Shown in pieces: positions 36,216-38,580 of a stretch of 38,580 bases of DNA; within the stretch, counting starts at the first letter, position 1; every line of letters begins with the position of its first letter. Made by a program: the position numbers and the translations under genes. Below the pieces are notes generated by a model. The model did no database searches. It had not been told where the DNA came from and saw only the letters and a program-made list of their open reading frames with translations. The stretch comes from Ginkgo biloba (lineage: Eukaryota; Plantae; Ginkgophyta), in the NCBI GenBank assembly GCA_024626585.2, contig JANKJI020000002.1, forward strand, positions 216,440,745-216,479,324. Reading direction: 5' to 3'.

Positions 36216-36502
36216 TTTTTCTTAGCCCACAACATTGGTCAGCCACTCTAAACTCTAATGGATGCTCTTGCATCAAAATCCCCTTCTTTCAAAAGATATG
36301 AGCTCCTGCTCATGGGTCACTTCTTTATGGCTATCCTTGGTTATCTCCAGACTTTGCCCCGAGTCACCCTGCTCTGTAACTGTGCTTTGATCTAGGCTAT
36401 GAAACTTTGCTCTGCCACTACACTACTATTAAACTCAGATGTTTCTTTCTCACTTCTGGGCTCTTGATAAGATGATCCTTGGTTCTGATGTTCAGTCTCT
36501 AT

Positions 36503-37365
36503 GCTCTAATACCACTGGCGTAGCAAGACGGCGATAGAGTAGCCACCACCATCGACTTAACTTTTAGGATCTTTCCCTTGACGCTAACACGACCCACTTG
36601 TTAAGAATAGAAAAGAAAAATTATGGCGCTTGCAAAATAAAGAAACGAATGAGGCACAACATGCAATCGATATGTTAGGTTGACACAGGAGTTTTGAACT
36701 GGAGAAACTATCTTGAGGAATAAAATTCTAGGTATATTTAGCAAAAACACCACAGGGACTACGCCCTTACATACATACTCATGCCCACTAGATTTATGAA
36801 TCTGGCCTGTAGCCTATACAATGCCCAATGGCGTTATAATACAGCCACACAGCTTCATTATTCTTGCTTTGATAAGATAACCATGCAAATTCCATGATGC
36901 CTCTTCATTAGAACAACTTCCTCGCTCTCAGGAGTAGCCTTACTCTGCGTGTTGTCCTCTGAATCCTTGCTCCATGGTAATCTTGGCAGACTTCCCTTTG
37001 CCCAATCGTGTCCTACTCCTGAATTTGGATACCGGCTTGTCAATCGCTCTTCTGTTCAATCTACAAACTAACAACACTTCGTTGCTTTCTCTATCTTCTC
37101 TCCCTTTTGTGATTCCTACTGGTTCTATTTATAGGCTAAGATCCAATGGACTCTCTTACTCCTACGCACAATGACTTTCCTACTTTAATGACACTATTAG
37201 GTGAGTATTAATTTTGTAATGGATTCTGTAATTAATGCTTGCCACGTTCATAGAAGTACCTTATCATTTCCATCCTTCACCCTATTGGTTATTGTAATCT
37301 GGCTCACCAACGTGAGTTGATATGGTCTTCTGTTAGTATTGCCTATTATCGATCAATCCTGGCTA
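36503..37365 (-). mobile_element. PBS plus 5' LTR of a minus-strand LTR retrotransposon
   Basis: GCTCTAATACCA at 36503-36514, C, then TG at 36516. A minus-strand TATA (plus-strand CTATTTATAG, ~37125) is followed by a purine-rich R-like region. The far end is probably in the gap. Confidence 0.6.
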
Positions 37366-37465
37366 NNNNNNNNNNNNNNNNNNNNNNNNNNNNNNNNNNN
37401 NNNNNNNNNNNNNNNNNNNNNNNNNNNNNNNNNNNNNNNNNNNNNNNNNNNNNNNNNNNNNNNNN

Positions 37466-37755
37466 TTATCTCATTTGGATAGAGTATTTAAGACTCCCAT
37501 TACACCTATCATACTATATAGAAGAAATTGTAGAGCCTATTACAAAGGCCATCCCGAGACCCATAAAGAGACAATTTAAAGCCTAACCTAACCAAAAGGT
37601 GTATGTAAAAATTAATATGTCCAAACCATTTTGTAAAGGAATTAACCTCTTTGATGGACATAGAATTTAAAATAACAAGCATATTACTTTGATCTACCCT
37701 TGTCCTATTATATATATAATATAATAGGATATTTTGTCAAGGACTTCCCCTTGTT
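37466..37755 (+). mobile_element. LINE (L1-clade) ORF1 remnant
   Basis: IWIEYLRLPLHL...PNQKVYVKINMSKPF...YFDLPLSYYIYNIIGYFVKDFP resembles plant L1 ORF1 (VWV..P.LPL...RVCV.ID.SKPL...Y..LP..C..C...GH..KDCP) with a decayed zinc knuckle. Confidence 0.6.
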
Positions 37756-38580
37756 ATCCCTTCCCAATAAAAATGCATCAACTACTTCTCATAAAGAAGA
37801 TAAAATCCCCACTTCCCTTTCTTAGAATCTGCCTGAAACCTCTTCTACACCTCCCCTCTCAACTTCTATTCTATAAAAAGTATTCCCCCCATCATCAAAC
37901 ATAAATTAACCTCCACATCACCTCTTAATAAAGTTATTATGGGGAAGGANNNNNNNNNNNNNNNNNNNNNNNNNNNNNNNNNNNNNNNNNNNNNNNNNNN
38001 NNNNNNNNNNNNNNNNNNNNNNNNNNNNNNNNNNNNNNNNNNNNNNGGAGCTCCCTCGCATTCATCTCAACCTCCCATGGAGAAGTTGAAGAAGGCCAAT
38101 GATATCTTCCTAATAATTATTCTAAATGTTGAGGTGATTATCATAGGAAAGAAAGCATGCCTTCTCTCATTCCCCTTAGATAAAGGAAAAGGTCATGCTG
38201 ACTCTAAGAAGAAGAAGAGCCTAAAGTGACTAGCACATACTTCCCCTATGGACACTAAGCCAATTTATTTTACCACTTACTTTATCCCTATTGAGGNNNN
38301 NNNNNNATTATAATTTTAAAAAAAGGTAATATATTTTCAAGGCAGATAAAATAAAAATTTAAGATGGTGAGGATGAGGTGAGAGTCTTTTGAAGACTATT
38401 GATGTATAAGGTTCAAATACTATCCTACTAGTATGATTATTTTTTATTGTTCTTAGAATGTGCATGGACTAAAATTTCCATAAAGGAGAGGCATGCTTAA
38501 GAATACACTTAGAGTTATTATTTCTATACTAAACTTTATGGCACGCCAAGGACTCAAAGTGTAAGGATTTTGACTTAATA

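Overview
Gappy draft assembly of eukaryotic plant nuclear DNA (AT-rich, many N runs). The retroelement types and the very long TE-filled intron suggest a gymnosperm-like genome, which is an inference. The one clear host gene is ATP11 (mitochondrial F1-ATPase assembly factor 1) on the + strand. Exon 1 starts at 9076, one internal exon is not visible (probably in an N gap), and the last two exons are 20439-20605 and 20779-20916. The ~11 kb between exon 1 and 20439 holds (i) an antisense, splice-site-flanked exon of cytosolic acetyl-CoA carboxylase, (ii) a decayed Ty3/gypsy integrase and (iii) a tandem Cassandra-like TRIM whose LTR carries a 5S rRNA promoter segment, the most unusual element here. 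The flanks contain decayed retroelements (Tat-type protease plus extra RNase H, a non-chromovirus gypsy RT-RNase H, several LTR/PBS junctions, LINE ORF1), a small heat-shock protein fragment and short tandem repeats. All homology calls come from recalled family motifs; no searches were run.
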